Part shown: positions 21,429 through 33,882 of the stretch, in pieces | Layout of the letters: each line of letters opens with the position of its first letter | Position numbering within the stretch: the stretch's first letter is position 1 | Assembly: GCA_965215365.1 (NCBI GenBank) | Contig: CBDCDS010000003.1 | Span: 256,001 to 320,000 of the forward strand | Length of the DNA: 64,000 nt | DNA from: Gammaproteobacteria bacterium | GTDB taxonomy: Bacteria > Pseudomonadota > Gammaproteobacteria > Eutrophobiales > Eutrophobiaceae | Direction of reading: 5' to 3' | Made by a program: the position numbers and the translations under genes | The notes under the pieces: generated by a model | Told to the model about the DNA's origin: nothing | Database searches by the model: none | The model's input: only the letters and a program-made list of their open reading frames with translations

Positions 21429-22274
21429 ATGAGCAAAGACCAACCTCCGTCGAGTTACAGGCATTCCCGCTGGTGGAAAAAAATCATATCCACCTTTACA
21501 AAATCCCCACAGGACCTGCCCGCGCTGATTGAAATCCTGCGCGACTCCGAGGCGCGGAATATCCTCGACCCGGACGTGTTGACGATGCTTGAGGGCGCCT
21601 TGCATGTGACGGAAACGCAGGTGCGCGATATCATGGTGCCGCGGGTACAGATGGTTATCATCTCGCAACTGTCGTCACCCGCGGAGATTATGAAGACCGT
21701 GATTGACTCGGGGCATTCACGCTTTCCGGTCGTCAATGACGACCAGAACGAGGTGCTGGGAATCCTGCTGGCGAAAGACTTGCTGTCCTGTTTTGTCGCG
21801 CACGAAGCGGAAGAGTTCGTGGTCAAAAAGCTGATGCGTCCTGCCGTGTTTGTGCCGGAGAGCAAGCGCTTGAATGTTTTACTCAGGGATTTTCGCAGCA
21901 ACCGTAACCACATGGCGATTGTCGTGGATGAGTATGGCGTTACCGGGTTGGTGACCATTGAAGACATCATGGAAGAAATAGTGGGGGAGATTGAGGATGA
22001 ACATGATTATGACGAACAGACCTTTATTGAGCAACACGGAGGCAACCGCTACACCGTGCAGGCGTTTACCCCTATCGAGCAGTTCAACAGCTATTTCAGC
22101 ACACAACTGAGCCATGACAGCTATGATACGGTCGGGGGTCTGGTCATCAATGAATTCGGCCACCTGCCAAAACGCGGCGAGGTTATCGAGTTCGCCGGTT
22201 ACAACGTAAAGGTTCTGCGCGCCGACAAACGCAGAATTCACTTGTTACGTTTTGAAAAAACGTCTGTTTCATAA
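21429..22274 (+). CDS. corC: Mg/Co transport-associated CBS protein
   Basis: SGHSRFPV, VVDEYG, EIVGEIEDE; synteny. Confidence 0.93.
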   Translation: MSKDQPPSSYRHSRWWKKIISTFTKSPQDLPALIEILRDSEARNILDPDVLTMLEGALHVTETQVRDIMVPRVQMVIISQLSSPAEIMKTVIDSGHSRFPVVNDDQNEVLGILLAKDLLSCFVAHEAEEFVVKKLMRPAVFVPESKRLNVLLRDFRSNRNHMAIVVDEYGVTGLVTIEDIMEEIVGEIEDEHDYDEQTFIEQHGGNRYTVQAFTPIEQFNSYFSTQLSHDSYDTVGGLVINEFGHLPKRGEVIEFAGYNVKVLRADKRRIHLLRFEKTSVS

Positions 22275-22308
22275 GGCAACAAGCGACTTGGTGAGATATG
22301 CGGGCTAG
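22265..22308. repeat. Right-end fragment of MITE family A
   Basis: TGTTTCATAAGGCAACAAGCGACTTGGTGAGATATGCGGGCTAG matches 61376-61417. Confidence 0.8.
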
Positions 22309-23788
22309 CGCCTGCCGGCAAGGACTGCTGAGCCTGTTGGCCGGCGCCGCCACCGCGGCCGCGTTTGCGCCCTACGATGTTGCTGTCATCCCGTTCATCA
22401 CCCTGGCGGTGTTGTTCCGGCTCTGGCGTGCGGGCGACCGCAAACAGGCCTTTGTCAACGGTTATTTATTCGGCCTGGGCCTGTTCGGCGTCGGCGTCAG
22501 CTGGTTGCACGTCAGCATCAACCTGTTTTCAGGGATTAATCTGGCCGGCGCCTACCTGCTGACTTTTCTGCTGGTCGCTTATCTGGCGCTGTTCCCGGCC
22601 CTGGCCGGGCTGCTGGGACGCTGGCGCCCGGTACGTTCGGAGCCTTATTTTTTCTTGGCGCTCATGCCGTCGCTGTGGGTCCTGGGGGAATGGGCACGCG
22701 CCGGGTTATTCACCGGCTTCCCCTGGTTGACACTGGGCTATACGCAAACCGATAGCTGGCTGGCCGGCTATGCCGGCGTGGCCGGGGTGTTTGGCGTCAG
22801 CTTTTTCTGCGCGCTGCTGGCCGGCGCCCTGGCGCTGCTGGCCGGACGCAACAGGAAGCTGCTGCCGGTCCTGACATTGTTGGCTGTGGTCGTGGCCGGT
22901 TGGCAGTTACGCACCTGGCAGTGGACCGATAAAACCGGCGCAGAGATAGAGGTTGCCCTGATCCAGGGCGCGCTTCCACAGGAGCTGAAATGGCTGCCGG
23001 AATACAGGAATTTGTCCCTGAAGCTTTATCCTGAACTGACCGAGCCGTTCTGGGGCCACGACTTGATCATCTGGCCGGAAACGGCCATTCCCGGTTACCT
23101 GCACCAGTTCGAAGATTATATCGACAACCTTGAGCGCACCGCGCGGGACAGCAATTCCATATTACTGGTCGGCATTCCCAGCAAAAACACGGCCAGCGGC
23201 GCGCAGTTCAACAGTCTGGCGTTGCTGGGCGACAGGCGGCAAATCTACCATAAACGCCATCTGGTGCCGTTCGGTGAATACCTGCCGCTCAGGTCGGCGC
23301 TGGAACGGCCGTTGCGCCGGCTCGATATCCCCATCGCAAACTTCACCCCCGGTGTCGCGCAGGAACCGGCGCTGTTTCAGGCCAAGGGCTTTGCCATGGG
23401 GGTGTCCATCTGCTATGAGGCCGTGTTCGGCGCCGAGGTGATGACCAGCCTGCCCCAGGCCCAGGTGTTGGTGAACGTCAGCAACGATGCCTGGTTCGGC
23501 GATTCTGCCTCACCGCATCAGCATTTGCAGATGGCGCGTATGCGCGCCATTGAAACCGGTCGCTACCTGTTGCGCGCGACCAACACCGGCATCAGCGCAA
23601 TTATTGACGAAAAAGGGAACATCGTCGGCAAGACGCGCCAGTTCGAGCCGGATGCCGTCGCCACCCGCGTGCCCTTGTTCACAGGACACACTCCTTACTC
23701 CCTGAGCGGTGACAAACCCATCGTGCTGTTGTCACTGGCGCTGCTGCTCTGGGCCTTGCTGTTCAGCGCGCGCGCGCCGCGCGACTGA
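22298..23788 (+). CDS. lnt: Apolipoprotein N-acyltransferase
   Basis: TGFPW, WPETA, KRHLVPFGE, ICYE, NDAWFG, RATNTG. Confidence 0.96.
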   Translation: MRASACRQGLLSLLAGAATAAAFAPYDVAVIPFITLAVLFRLWRAGDRKQAFVNGYLFGLGLFGVGVSWLHVSINLFSGINLAGAYLLTFLLVAYLALFPALAGLLGRWRPVRSEPYFFLALMPSLWVLGEWARAGLFTGFPWLTLGYTQTDSWLAGYAGVAGVFGVSFFCALLAGALALLAGRNRKLLPVLTLLAVVVAGWQLRTWQWTDKTGAEIEVALIQGALPQELKWLPEYRNLSLKLYPELTEPFWGHDLIIWPETAIPGYLHQFEDYIDNLERTARDSNSILLVGIPSKNTASGAQFNSLALLGDRRQIYHKRHLVPFGEYLPLRSALERPLRRLDIPIANFTPGVAQEPALFQAKGFAMGVSICYEAVFGAEVMTSLPQAQVLVNVSNDAWFGDSASPHQHLQMARMRAIETGRYLLRATNTGISAIIDEKGNIVGKTRQFEPDAVATRVPLFTGHTPYSLSGDKPIVLLSLALLLWALLFSARAPRD

Positions 23789-24653
23789 GCGCCAGCGTCA
23801 ATACAAAACCGGCGAGCATGAGCGCGCCCGAGCCCAGCACCGTTGAGGTCATCGGGCCGGTGTCAAGCAAGGTCGGGTCAGCTTCCAGACTGGCGCGCAG
23901 GCGCGTCCGGAACGGCCATAAGACCGTCAACGAGGCCAGCAGCAGACCACTGATGAAGACCACGGTGGCGCGATAATAGCGTTCCAGCACCCAGGACAGC
24001 AGGCGGCTGAACAGCACCAGGCCGGTCACCACGCCCGCCGCGAACGGCAGCAGCACCGACAATTTGAAGTCACCGAACGCTGAGATGACCTGGGCGTATT
24101 TATTCAAGAGCAGCAACACGAACGAACCCGAGATGCCTGGCAGTATCATCGCGCAACTCGCCAGCGCACCGGCAAGAAAGATAAACCAACCGGCCTCTGG
24201 GGTCTGCACCGGAACCAGATTGAAGATGATACAGCCGCCGAGCGCCCCCAGCGCCAGCAACCGGTAATCCCTACCGCCCAATGCCTCAAGCGCGCACAGC
24301 AGCGCCACGATGGACCCGCCGATAAGCCCGAAAAACAGCCCATAGACCTGTTCGGGATAATCCTGCAGTAACCGTGGCAGAGACACCACGCGGGTAAAAA
24401 ACAGCAATGCGGCGCTGATGCCCAACAGTAACGGCAGGATAAAACCAAAATGTGGTCGGGTTAGCGCCTGGCGCAGTTCCAGCCTGAGCAAGGCGGCAAG
24501 CAGGGCCAGGTCAAAGGATTTGATTGCGGCAATGAACTCGCGATAAATCCCCAGCATAAACGCCATGGTGCCGCCGCTCACCCCCGGGATGAGGTCCGCG
24601 GTGCCGATGCAGAACCCTTTGGCAACCAGAGTGAGGCGTTGTTTAGCCCGCAT
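23763..24653 (-). CDS. DUF368 family membrane protein
   Basis: [13 protein letters not shown] and [10 protein letters not shown]; multiple TM segments. Confidence 0.85.
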   Translation of the reverse strand: MRAKQRLTLVAKGFCIGTADLIPGVSGGTMAFMLGIYREFIAAIKSFDLALLAALLRLELRQALTRPHFGFILPLLLGISAALLFFTRVVSLPRLLQDYPEQVYGLFFGLIGGSIVALLCALEALGGRDYRLLALGALGGCIIFNLVPVQTPEAGWFIFLAGALASCAMILPGISGSFVLLLLNKYAQVISAFGDFKLSVLLPFAAGVVTGLVLFSRLLSWVLERYYRATVVFISGLLLASLTVLWPFRTRLRASLEADPTLLDTGPMTSTVLGSGALMLAGFVLTLALSRAARAR

Positions 24654-25713
24654 GGTACGGCCGGCTCAGTTCGTGCACGGCGTCCACCAGCACCGCCACC
24701 TGGTCCGGGTCGATATCGGGATGAATACCATGCCCCAGGTTGAACACATGGCCCGCGCCCGGCCCGTAGGCAGCCAGTATCTCGGCCACCTGCCGGCGAA
24801 TCGAGGCCGGCGCCGAATATAACACAGCCGTGTCCAGATTACCCTGCAATGCGACCCGAGCGCCGACTGACTTGCGCGCCAGCTCGATATCCATGCTCCA
24901 GTCCAGCCCTATGGCATCACAACCGGACGCGGCGATGTCTTCAATCCACAGTCCGCCGCCCTTGGTGAATAAAATGACGGGCGTTGCGCGCCCCGGATCT
25001 GCGGCGCGCAGGCCCCGGATAATCTGCTGCATGTAGGCCAGGGAAAACTCTCGATATGCGGCATGGGACAGGATGCCCCCCCAACTGTCGAACAGCATGA
25101 CTACGTCAACCCCTGCTGCGATCTGGGTGTTCAGGTAATCGGTAATGGCGCGGCTCAGTAGCTCCAGCAGCCAGTGCAGCTGCTCCGACTGCCCGTACAA
25201 CATACCTTTGGCCTTGCTGAAATTCTTGCTCGAGCCGCCCTCTATCATGTAGGTGGCAATGGTCCAGGGGCTGCCGGCGAACCCGATCAATGGCACCTTG
25301 CCTTGCAGTTCCCGTTTGATCAGGCGCACTGCGTCCGGCACATAGCCCAGGTCGGTTTCCATGTCCGGTACCGCCAGATTACGAATATCGTTCCCGTTGC
25401 GCAACGGCCGGGCAAACTGCGGCCCCTTGTTCTCCACCACGCTCAACCCCAGGCCCATGGCGTCGGGAATGGTAAGAATATCGGAAAACAGGATTGCCGC
25501 GTCCAAGTCAAAGCGCTGCAACGGTTGTAACGTGACCTCGCAGGCAAGTTCGGGCGTCTTGCACAAGGTCATAAAATCACCCGCACGCTGACGGGTGGCA
25601 CGATACTCCGGCAGGTAACGCCCGGCCTGGCGCATGATCCACACCGGCGTCACATCCACCGGCTGCCGGCGCAATGCTCTCAGCAAACGATCGTTAAGTA
25701 GTTTCTCGGCCAT
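24643..25713 (-). CDS. hemE: Uroporphyrinogen decarboxylase
   Basis: [27 protein letters not shown]. Confidence 0.97.
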   Translation of the reverse strand: MAEKLLNDRLLRALRRQPVDVTPVWIMRQAGRYLPEYRATRQRAGDFMTLCKTPELACEVTLQPLQRFDLDAAILFSDILTIPDAMGLGLSVVENKGPQFARPLRNGNDIRNLAVPDMETDLGYVPDAVRLIKRELQGKVPLIGFAGSPWTIATYMIEGGSSKNFSKAKGMLYGQSEQLHWLLELLSRAITDYLNTQIAAGVDVVMLFDSWGGILSHAAYREFSLAYMQQIIRGLRAADPGRATPVILFTKGGGLWIEDIAASGCDAIGLDWSMDIELARKSVGARVALQGNLDTAVLYSAPASIRRQVAEILAAYGPGAGHVFNLGHGIHPDIDPDQVAVLVDAVHELSRPYHAG

Positions 25714-25854
25714 GTACCGGTCATTCTACATTGTCAGAACAATCAGGAACAGAATTAATCCTGCCGGGTATGTATTGACCTGCTGGTTGATTCTCGTTTA
25801 CAATAGGTGCCTCTGTATCGGGGTAATAAATTGAAAAATTCAGACTGGAATACT

Positions 25855-26322
25855 ATGGCTTTTTTTGAAAAAGCCACTTTGAAGCGGGTTCACAAAATGC
25901 TCGACATGGGCGCGGATGCCAATGCCAAGGACGAGTGGGGATTTACCCCGCTGCACTTTGCCGCGGCATTCAACGACGAGCCCGATATTATCAGCGCCCT
26001 GGTGGATGCCGGGGCGGACATGAATGCGCGCGACCGGGAATGGGGTGCCACCCCCCTGCATTGGGCGGCCTGGTCCAACGACAATCCCGGAATTATTATT
26101 GCACTGCTCGACGGCGGCGCCGACCCGAACGTGCGTGATGCCAGGGAGGCCACGCCTTTGCACGCGGCCGCCGACCAGAGCAACAACCCTGCCATTATCC
26201 TGACCCTGCTGGATTCAGGGGCTGACGTGACCTTGCGGGATGCCGGCAAGCTGGCCTGGGACTATATCAAGGACAACGCCGCCCTGAAGGACACCGAAGC
26301 CTACGACAAGCTCGGGGAATAA
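25855..26322 (+). CDS. Ankyrin repeat protein
   Basis: Three TPLHxAA...L(L/V)DxGAD repeats. Start uncertain (25807-25855). Confidence 0.85.
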   Translation: MAFFEKATLKRVHKMLDMGADANAKDEWGFTPLHFAAAFNDEPDIISALVDAGADMNARDREWGATPLHWAAWSNDNPGIIIALLDGGADPNVRDAREATPLHAAADQSNNPAIILTLLDSGADVTLRDAGKLAWDYIKDNAALKDTEAYDKLGE

Positions 26323-26437
26323 CATCTCTCGGCCATCCGGCGGCAGTGATGGCAATGGTGTGGTGCGCGGCGTGCGCGAATAATGCGCGCAACGCGGGAA
26401 GGGAGGCCTGTCGCCTCCCTTCTCACTGCGAGTCCGA

Positions 26438-26653
26438 CTACTCGGAATGGACTACGTTCTGCTGCAGGACCTGCCAGGCCGGCATATCGTCGGAACCTTC
26501 GCCCATCATGTCCTCTGCAGCCGGTGCTTCATCCATGGCCATCTCTTCCATAGCGCCACCGGTACCAGCTTCACCGCTGGTACTGGTTGTATCGCCGCAG
26601 CCCGCGACCCCCAAAATTAATGTCAGAAAAAATGCTACGCTAAGATATCGCAT
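26438..26653 (-). CDS. Small acidic lipoprotein, hypothetical
   Basis: GAGGAG RBS; MRYLSVAFFLTLILGVAGC lipobox; 71 aa. Confidence 0.6.
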   Translation of the reverse strand: MRYLSVAFFLTLILGVAGCGDTTSTSGEAGTGGAMEEMAMDEAPAAEDMMGEGSDDMPAWQVLQQNVVHSE

Positions 26654-26724
26654 GTCTTGGCTCCTCGCTGTTGGTAAAGTGCGCGCAGTTAGTATAACAG
26701 ACAGTTCAGTTATGCAAAAATTTA

Positions 26725-27642
26725 TTAGTTCACTGGCCCGGCGGCGGCGACTGAGCGGTAGAAAATAGAGCGATCGCAAGATTGCAGCCGACATTGCCGC
26801 AGATTCCCCGCAGAAGTGACCAGCAGCGGCACTTCCACACCGGCGTTGCCCAGGCTCCAGATCTTGCGGAAAACGCCGGACAGGGTATATACCGGTTCAT
26901 CATCGACCGACAACACTATGTCACCCGGCTTGATTCCGGCCTGGTGGGCGGGGCAGCCCGGATACACCCCCGTGACTACCAGCTTGCCCTCGTATTCCTG
27001 TATCAGGGCGCCCAGCCAGGGCCTGGACGGCACGCGGCGCTGCCCGAATTCACACATCTCATCCAGATAGGGCGACACCGTATCAATGGGTATGAACAGG
27101 TTGCCCAGCAATTCATCATCATCGTCATGGTGGAGTTCCAGCAGCAACGAGCCGATGCCGCACAGCTCTCCGTCCTGGTTCACCAGGGCCGCGCCGGCCC
27201 AGTCATTACAGCCGGGGGAGGTAAACAGGGCCTGGTCCAGCAGATACTCCCAACGCCCGGCAAACTCCTGTCTGGCAAACAGCGAGCACTTGAATGCCTT
27301 GGCCTGGTTGTTACGGTAGATGAACAGGCGTTCATCCACGGCGATGTCACTGCTTGAGCCGGGGTGCAGATGGCCGCCCGGCAATGGCAACGTCGGTTTT
27401 AACAGGGCGATGCCGGAATCGTGATCCTGAGCGACGATATAGGCACTGGCACCGCGCCCATCCCCGGACTTGAGCCAGATTTGCTCAGCTTCCAGCACTA
27501 GGTAGCCAACCGTGGCAATCAAACCGTCTTCCCTGATGCGCACCCCGCTGCCGCTGCGCTCGGTACCCAGCAGCTCTGCCGTCATTGCCTTGTCCGGCAC
27601 CCGGCTCTGCACCTGTACTATGCTTTCCGACGGGAACTGCAT
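26725..27642 (-). CDS. Trypsin-like (S1C) domain plus PDZ protein, catalytic residues degenerate
   Basis: GSGVRI...ATVGYLV, RPWLG, PAHQAGIKPGD. Confidence 0.8.
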   Translation of the reverse strand: MQFPSESIVQVQSRVPDKAMTAELLGTERSGSGVRIREDGLIATVGYLVLEAEQIWLKSGDGRGASAYIVAQDHDSGIALLKPTLPLPGGHLHPGSSSDIAVDERLFIYRNNQAKAFKCSLFARQEFAGRWEYLLDQALFTSPGCNDWAGAALVNQDGELCGIGSLLLELHHDDDDELLGNLFIPIDTVSPYLDEMCEFGQRRVPSRPWLGALIQEYEGKLVVTGVYPGCPAHQAGIKPGDIVLSVDDEPVYTLSGVFRKIWSLGNAGVEVPLLVTSAGNLRQCRLQSCDRSIFYRSVAAAGPVN

Positions 27643-27674
27643 TGTGCCGGTTGCCAGAACGGTTCGACGGTGCG

Positions 27675-29123
27675 CTACGTAAGCGGGGCCGGCAGGTCGG
27701 ACGACCCCATCAGGAAGCGGTCGATGCTCTGCGCTGCGGCACGGCCTTCGGCAATGGCCCACACAATCAGCGATTGTCCACGCTGCATATCGCCGGCGGT
27801 AAATACGCCGGCTCTGCTGGTCATCCAGTTCTCATCCCTTTGCACATTGCCTCGTGCGGTCAGCTCAACACCCAGTTGCGCCAGCATACCGGCCTGTTCC
27901 GGCCCCAGGAAACCCATGGCGAGCAAGGCCAGATCACAGGGCAGCACCGAATCCGTGCCGGGTATCTCGACAAAATTCAAGCGGCCGTTTTCCTGTTTCA
28001 TTTCCACCTCGACCAGTTCCAGCCCGGCGACATGCCCTTGACCGTCATCGAGAAAACGCCTGGTTGACACTGCGTAGACGCGTTCCACGCCTTCTTCGTG
28101 GGCCGAGGCGACCCGGTAGATGCGCGGCCATTCCGGCCACGGGTTGTCGGCGGCGCGGCTGTTGGGGGGTTTCGGCATAATCTCCAACTGGTGCACCGAT
28201 TTTGCGCCCTGGCGGTTGGCGGTGCCCAGGCAATCGGCGCCGGTATCGCCACCGCCGATAATGATCACGTGTTTGTCCCGGGCGCTGATAAACTGCGCCG
28301 CCGGCACCTCGTCGCCTTCGCAGCGCTTGTTCTGCAGCGGCAGGTAGTCCATGGCCTGATGGATGCCGGCCAGCTCCCGACCCGGCACCGGCAGCCCCCG
28401 GGCCTGGGTGGCGCCGCCGGCCAACAGCACCGCATCGTACTCGGTGCATAACTCCTCCGGGTCAACATCCACGCCGACATTGCAGCCGGGTCGGAACAGC
28501 ACGCCTTCCTGTTGCAGCTGTTCCAGGCGCCGGTCCAGCACCCGTTTTTCCATCTTGAACTCGGGAATGCCGTAGCGCAGCAGGCCGCCAATGCGGTCGT
28601 CGCGCTCAAATACCGTGACTTCATGGCCGGCGCGCGCCAGTTGCTGCGCCGCCGCCAGCCCGGCCGGACCGGAACCGACTACGGCTATGCGCTTGCCGGT
28701 CTTCACGGCGGCCGGCTCCGGCTTGACCCAGCCGTTTTCCCAGGCCTTGTCGATGATGGACAGTTCCACCGCCTTGATAGTCACCGGCTCATCGTTGAGC
28801 CCCAGCACACAAGACCCTTCGCACGGTGCCGGACACAGGGTGCCGGTAAATTCCGGGAAGTTATTGGTGGCGTGCAGGCGCCGAATCGCCTCCAACCACT
28901 GGTCGCGGTACACCAGGTCATTCCAGTCCGGGATGAGATTGCCTAACGGGCAACCCTGGTGGCAAAACGGGATGCCGCAATCCATACAACGGGACGCCTG
29001 GGTTTTTAAGGGTTCTACCGGCCATGGTGCCATCACCTGGCGCCAGTCGGCCAGCCTTTCGGGAACGGGGCGGTAGGGCTGTTGGGCCCGCTCAAATTCA
29101 ATAAAACCGGTAATCTTACCCAT
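27675..29123 (-). CDS. gltD: Glutamate synthase small subunit
   Basis: [33 protein letters not shown]. Confidence 0.97.
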   Translation of the reverse strand: MGKITGFIEFERAQQPYRPVPERLADWRQVMAPWPVEPLKTQASRCMDCGIPFCHQGCPLGNLIPDWNDLVYRDQWLEAIRRLHATNNFPEFTGTLCPAPCEGSCVLGLNDEPVTIKAVELSIIDKAWENGWVKPEPAAVKTGKRIAVVGSGPAGLAAAQQLARAGHEVTVFERDDRIGGLLRYGIPEFKMEKRVLDRRLEQLQQEGVLFRPGCNVGVDVDPEELCTEYDAVLLAGGATQARGLPVPGRELAGIHQAMDYLPLQNKRCEGDEVPAAQFISARDKHVIIIGGGDTGADCLGTANRQGAKSVHQLEIMPKPPNSRAADNPWPEWPRIYRVASAHEEGVERVYAVSTRRFLDDGQGHVAGLELVEVEMKQENGRLNFVEIPGTDSVLPCDLALLAMGFLGPEQAGMLAQLGVELTARGNVQRDENWMTSRAGVFTAGDMQRGQSLIVWAIAEGRAAAQSIDRFLMGSSDLPAPLT

Positions 29124-32100
29124 TAGCTGCTTCCATAACGGCTTGCTCCTCGGACAGACCCTGCTCGCGACCTTTTTTAATGGCCTCCAGCACGATCTTG
29201 TAATCCCTGGGCATAACCTTCACGAACCGCGGTTGGTAGTCGCGCCAGTGGTCCAGGATACGTTTGCCGGCGCTGCTCTGCGTGTACTGCACATGCCGGG
29301 ACAACAGCTGTTTGATGGTGGCAACATCCTCCTGCTCCGCAACCGCTTCGAGGTGCACCAACTGCTGGTTGCAGCGAATATGGAAGTCCTCATCCTCGTC
29401 CAGCACATAAGCGATACCACCGGACATACCCGCCGCGAAGTTGCGCCCGGTTTTGCCGATGATCACCACGCGCCCGCCGGTCATGTATTCACAGCCGTGA
29501 TCGCCGACGCCCTCTACCACGGTATGAACGCCGCTGTTGCGCACGCAGAAGCGCTCCCCGGCAATGCCTCGAAAATAACCTTCGCCCGAGGTCGCGCCGT
29601 ACAGGGCGACGTTGCCGATAAGAATATTCTGTTCGGGCACGAACGTCGACGCGCGTGGCGGATACACGATAATCTTGCCGCCGGACAGCCCCTTGCCGAT
29701 GTAATCGTTGGAGTCTCCTTCCAGGGTGAGGGTTACTCCGTGCGGCACAAAGGCGCCGAAACTCATCCCGGCCGAACCGTTGAAATGCACCCTTATGGTA
29801 TCTGCGGGCAGCCCCTCAGCGCCGTAACGCCTGGTGATCTCGTAACCTAGAATGGTGCCTGTGGTGCGGTTGGTATTGCGGATGGGCAGGATGATGTCCA
29901 CCGGCTTTTTGGTTGCCAGTGTGTTCTGACACAGCGGCACCAGCGTAGTCACGTCCAGCGACTGCTCCAAGCCATGGTCTTGTTGCTGCGAGTGGTAAAT
30001 GCCCACCCCCGGACCCGGCTCAGGCTTGTACAGGATGTTGGTAAAATCCAACCCCTTGGCCTTCCAGTGACCTATCGCGTTGTTCATGTCCAGCCGGTCG
30101 CTGCGTCCGACCATTTCATCAATGGTGCGAAAACCCAGCTGCGCCATCAGTTCCCGTATCTCTTCAGCGACAAAGCGGAAGAAGTTTTCCACGAACTCCG
30201 GCTTGCCGGTGAATTTTTCGCGCAGACGCTGGTCTTGCGTGGCGACACCCACCGGACAGGTATTCAGGTGGCACACGCGCATCATGATGCAACCACTGAC
30301 GACCAGCGGCGCGGTGGAAAAACCAAATTCTTCGGCGCCCAGCAGGGCGGCAATCACCACATCGCGACCGGTCTTCAGCTGCCCGTCGGCCTGCACTACG
30401 ATACGGTCGCGCAACTTGTTCTGCACCAGCACCTGCTGGGTTTCGGCCAGCCCCAGTTCCCAGGGCAGCCCTGCATGTTTAAGGGAACTGATGGGCGAGG
30501 CGCCGGTGCCGCCGTCATAACCGGAGATCAGCACCACATCGGAGTGCGCCTTGGAGACACCGGCGGCGACCGTGCCCACCCCCACTTCCGCCACCAGTTT
30601 CACGTGCACCCGCGCTGCGGGGTTGGCATTTTTCAAATCGTGGATCAGTTGCGCTAAATCCTCAATGGAGTAAATATCGTGGTGCGGCGGTGGTGAGATC
30701 AGCCCCACCCAGGGCGTGGAATGGCGCACTTCGGCGATCCAGGGATACACTTTAGGGCCCGGCAACTGCCCGCCTTCGCCGGGTTTCGCGCCTTGGGCCA
30801 TCTTGATCTGCAGGTCGTCGGCGTTCACCAGGTACTCACTGGTGACGCCGAAACGGCCGGACGCCACTTGCTTGATGGCGCTACGGCGCAGGTCGCCGTT
30901 TGCGTCCGGGGTGTAACGGGCCGAGTCTTCGCCGCCTTCGCCGGTATTGGACTTGCCACCGATGCGGTTCATGGCAATGGCCAGGGTCTCATGGGCTTCC
31001 TTGCTGATGGAACCGTAGGACATGGCACCGGTAGAGAAGCGGCGCATGATGTTCTCAGCCGGCTCGACTTCCTCCGGCGGGATGGGCTCGGCGGCCGGCT
31101 TGAACTGCATCAGGCCGCGCAAGGTAGCCATGTTGCGGCTCTGGTCGTCCACCAGCTTGGAGTATTCCTTAAAAATCCGGTATTGCCCGGTGCGCGTGGC
31201 GTGCTGCAAGCGGAACACGGTCTCCGGGTTGAACAAGTGGTACTCACCGTCGCGCCGCCACTGGTATTCGCCGCCCCAGTCCAGGTCCGGGCGCTGCACC
31301 GGCCGCTGCGGGAAGCCGTTATGGTGACGCAGGCTGCTTTCCTTAGCGACGACCTCCAGCCCGATGCCGCCGATACGTGAGGCCGTCCAGGTGAAATAAT
31401 GGTCCACAAACTCCTTATCCAGGCCAATGGCCTCGAAGATCTGGGCGCCGCGGTAGGACTGCACCGTGGCAATCCCCATCTTCGACATGGTTTTGATTAA
31501 GCCCTTGTTGACGGCCTTGATGTAATTTGCCACGGCCTTGTCGAACTGCATCTCCGGCACAAACCCCTCGCCGATCAGGCCGCTGATGCTCTCGAACACC
31601 AGGTAGGGGTTAATTGCCTCAATGCCATAGCCGATCAACACCGCAAAGTGATGCACCTCGCGCGGCTCGCCGGATTCCAGCACCAGCCCGACCCGGGTGC
31701 GGTTGCCATTGCGGATCAGGTGGTGGTGCACGCCGGCGGTGGCCAGCAGCGCCGGGATCGGCGCCAGCTCGGCCGTGACGCCACGATCGGACAGGATAAT
31801 GTAGCTGTAACCCTCCTCGATAGCCTGATCAACCCGGGCATAGACTTCGCTCAAGGCCTGATCCAGCCCCTTGCCGCCGGCGGCCACGGGATACAGGATG
31901 GACACGGTTCTGGCGCTGAAACTAGGCAGCTTCATGTCGCGCACACGGGCCAGCTCGGCATTGGTCAGCAGGGGGGAAGGCAGGCGCACCCGCTTGCAGC
32001 TGTCGGGGCCGGGTTGCAGCAGGTTGGCCTCCGGCCCGATGGTGGTGGAAACCTGGGTGACCAGTTCCTCACGGATGCCGTCCAGGGGCGGGTTGGTCAC

Positions 32101-33723
32101 CTGGGCGAACAGCTGTTTGAAATAATCGTACAACAGGCGCGGTCGGTTGGACAGCACGGCCAGCGCTGCGTCGGTGCCCATGGAGCCGATGGGTTCTTCC
32201 CCCTTGCCGGCCATGGGCGCCACCAGCAGGCGTAATTCTTCATGGGTATAGCCGAACACCTGCTGGCGTTGCAGCAAGGTGTCGGGGTCGGTGCCGTGAA
32301 TATTTTTCGGGTTGGGCAGGTTTTCCAGCGGCATCAGGTTTTGTTTGAGCCACCGGGTATAGGGATGCTCATCGATATAACGCTGTTTCAGTTCGCTGTC
32401 GTCGATGATCCGGCCCTCGCGGGTATCGACCAGGAAGATGCGTCCGGGGCGCAAGCGCTCCTTGAGCTTGACATTTTCCGGGGCGACCTCGAGCACGCCG
32501 ACCTCGGAGGCCATGATCACCATGTCGTCATGGGTGACGTAATAGCGCGACGGGCGCAAACCGTTGCGGTCCAGCACCGCGCCGATGACCTCGCCGTCGG
32601 TAAAGGCGATGGACGCGGGACCATCCCAGGGTTCCATCAGGCAGGCGTGGTATTCGTAAAACGCCTTGCGCTCCTCGCTCATGGTCTCGTGGCCGCTCCA
32701 GGCCTCCGGAATCATCATCAGGATGGCATGGGACAGTGGCCGGCCGGTCATGTGCAGGAACTCCATGACGTTGTCGAACACTGCCGAATCGCTGCCGCCT
32801 TCGATGACTACCGGGAAGATCTTCTCCAGCTCAGGCCCGAACAGCGCCGAATCACACAGTGCTTCGCGTGCGTGCATCCAGTTGGTGTTGCCGCGCACGG
32901 TATTGATCTCGCCGTTGTGGCAGATATAGCGGAACGGGTGCGCCAGCCGCCAGGACGGGAACGTATTGGTGGAAAAGCGCTGGTGCACCAAGGCCAGCGC
33001 GCTTTCCATGTCTGGCGCGGTGAGGTCCGGGAACATGGGCTCGAACTGCGCGCCGGTCAGCATCCCTTTATAGACGAAGGTGCGCCAGGACAGGGATGGG
33101 ATATAAAACAAGTCCTGCTGTTCCAACTCCGAATTGCGGATGGCGTGCTCCACCCGCTTGCGGATGACGTACAGTTTTCTTTCAAACGCGGCCGCGTCGG
33201 GCACGGCGGCGGCGCGCCCGATAAAAACCTGCTGGAAGGTGGGTTCGCCCGCCAGTGCGGTGGGACCGAGTAAGGAATCATCGGTGGGCACGTCACGCCA
33301 GCCGAGCACGGTCTGGCCTTCTTCTTCGATAATGCTGGCAAATACCCGCCGGCACTCCTCGGCCTGGCCCGGGTCACGCGGCAGGAACACCAGTCCGGCG
33401 CCGTAGCGCTCGCTCTCAGGCAGGTCGAACCCGGCCTCGGCACACACGCGCCGGAAAAATTTATCGGGCTTCTGCAGCAACATCCCCACCCCGTCCCCGG
33501 TATTCACCTCGCAACCGCAAGCACCGCGATGCAACAGGTTTTTAAGAATGGTCAGGGCATTCTCGACAATCGCCCGGGACTTACGCCCCTTGATATCCAC
33601 CACAAACCCGACGCCACAGGAATCATGCTCCGTAGCGGGGTCATAAAGCCCTTGGGCAGGGGGCACCTGCCGGTTGTGTATTGGTTTTTGCATAAGATTC
33701 GCCTGTACCGGCTGGTCGGACAT
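29116..33723 (-). CDS. gltB: Glutamate synthase large subunit
   Basis: [33 protein letters not shown]. Start uncertain (33693-33744). Confidence 0.97.
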   Translation of the reverse strand: MSDQPVQANLMQKPIHNRQVPPAQGLYDPATEHDSCGVGFVVDIKGRKSRAIVENALTILKNLLHRGACGCEVNTGDGVGMLLQKPDKFFRRVCAEAGFDLPESERYGAGLVFLPRDPGQAEECRRVFASIIEEEGQTVLGWRDVPTDDSLLGPTALAGEPTFQQVFIGRAAAVPDAAAFERKLYVIRKRVEHAIRNSELEQQDLFYIPSLSWRTFVYKGMLTGAQFEPMFPDLTAPDMESALALVHQRFSTNTFPSWRLAHPFRYICHNGEINTVRGNTNWMHAREALCDSALFGPELEKIFPVVIEGGSDSAVFDNVMEFLHMTGRPLSHAILMMIPEAWSGHETMSEERKAFYEYHACLMEPWDGPASIAFTDGEVIGAVLDRNGLRPSRYYVTHDDMVIMASEVGVLEVAPENVKLKERLRPGRIFLVDTREGRIIDDSELKQRYIDEHPYTRWLKQNLMPLENLPNPKNIHGTDPDTLLQRQQVFGYTHEELRLLVAPMAGKGEEPIGSMGTDAALAVLSNRPRLLYDYFKQLFAQVTNPPLDGIREELVTQVSTTIGPEANLLQPGPDSCKRVRLPSPLLTNAELARVRDMKLPSFSARTVSILYPVAAGGKGLDQALSEVYARVDQAIEEGYSYIILSDRGVTAELAPIPALLATAGVHHHLIRNGNRTRVGLVLESGEPREVHHFAVLIGYGIEAINPYLVFESISGLIGEGFVPEMQFDKAVANYIKAVNKGLIKTMSKMGIATVQSYRGAQIFEAIGLDKEFVDHYFTWTASRIGGIGLEVVAKESSLRHHNGFPQRPVQRPDLDWGGEYQWRRDGEYHLFNPETVFRLQHATRTGQYRIFKEYSKLVDDQSRNMATLRGLMQFKPAAEPIPPEEVEPAENIMRRFSTGAMSYGSISKEAHETLAIAMNRIGGKSNTGEGGEDSARYTPDANGDLRRSAIKQVASGRFGVTSEYLVNADDLQIKMAQGAKPGEGGQLPGPKVYPWIAEVRHSTPWVGLISPPPHHDIYSIEDLAQLIHDLKNANPAARVHVKLVAEVGVGTVAAGVSKAHSDVVLISGYDGGTGASPISSLKHAGLPWELGLAETQQVLVQNKLRDRIVVQADGQLKTGRDVVIAALLGAEEFGFSTAPLVVSGCIMMRVCHLNTCPVGVATQDQRLREKFTGKPEFVENFFRFVAEEIRELMAQLGFRTIDEMVGRSDRLDMNNAIGHWKAKGLDFTNILYKPEPGPGVGIYHSQQQDHGLEQSLDVTTLVPLCQNTLATKKPVDIILPIRNTNRTTGTILGYEITRRYGAEGLPADTIRVHFNGSAGMSFGAFVPHGVTLTLEGDSNDYIGKGLSGGKIIVYPPRASTFVPEQNILIGNVALYGATSGEGYFRGIAGERFCVRNSGVHTVVEGVGDHGCEYMTGGRVVIIGKTGRNFAAGMSGGIAYVLDEDEDFHIRCNQQLVHLEAVAEQEDVATIKQLLSRHVQYTQSSAGKRILDHWRDYQPRFVKVMPRDYKIVLEAIKKGREQGLSEEQAVMEAANG

Positions 33724-33882
33724 TCCTGGAAACGACCACTCCAAACAGGTGGCAGTGTAACCTATTTGCCGGTCGATGTCACTCTTGGGATCCTCTGAAT
33801 CAAGGATGTACAGCAGGGCAACCGCATACTTTTATATGTCAATGGTATCGTATAAAGGCGCCTCTAAAAATCAGCGGCACCC

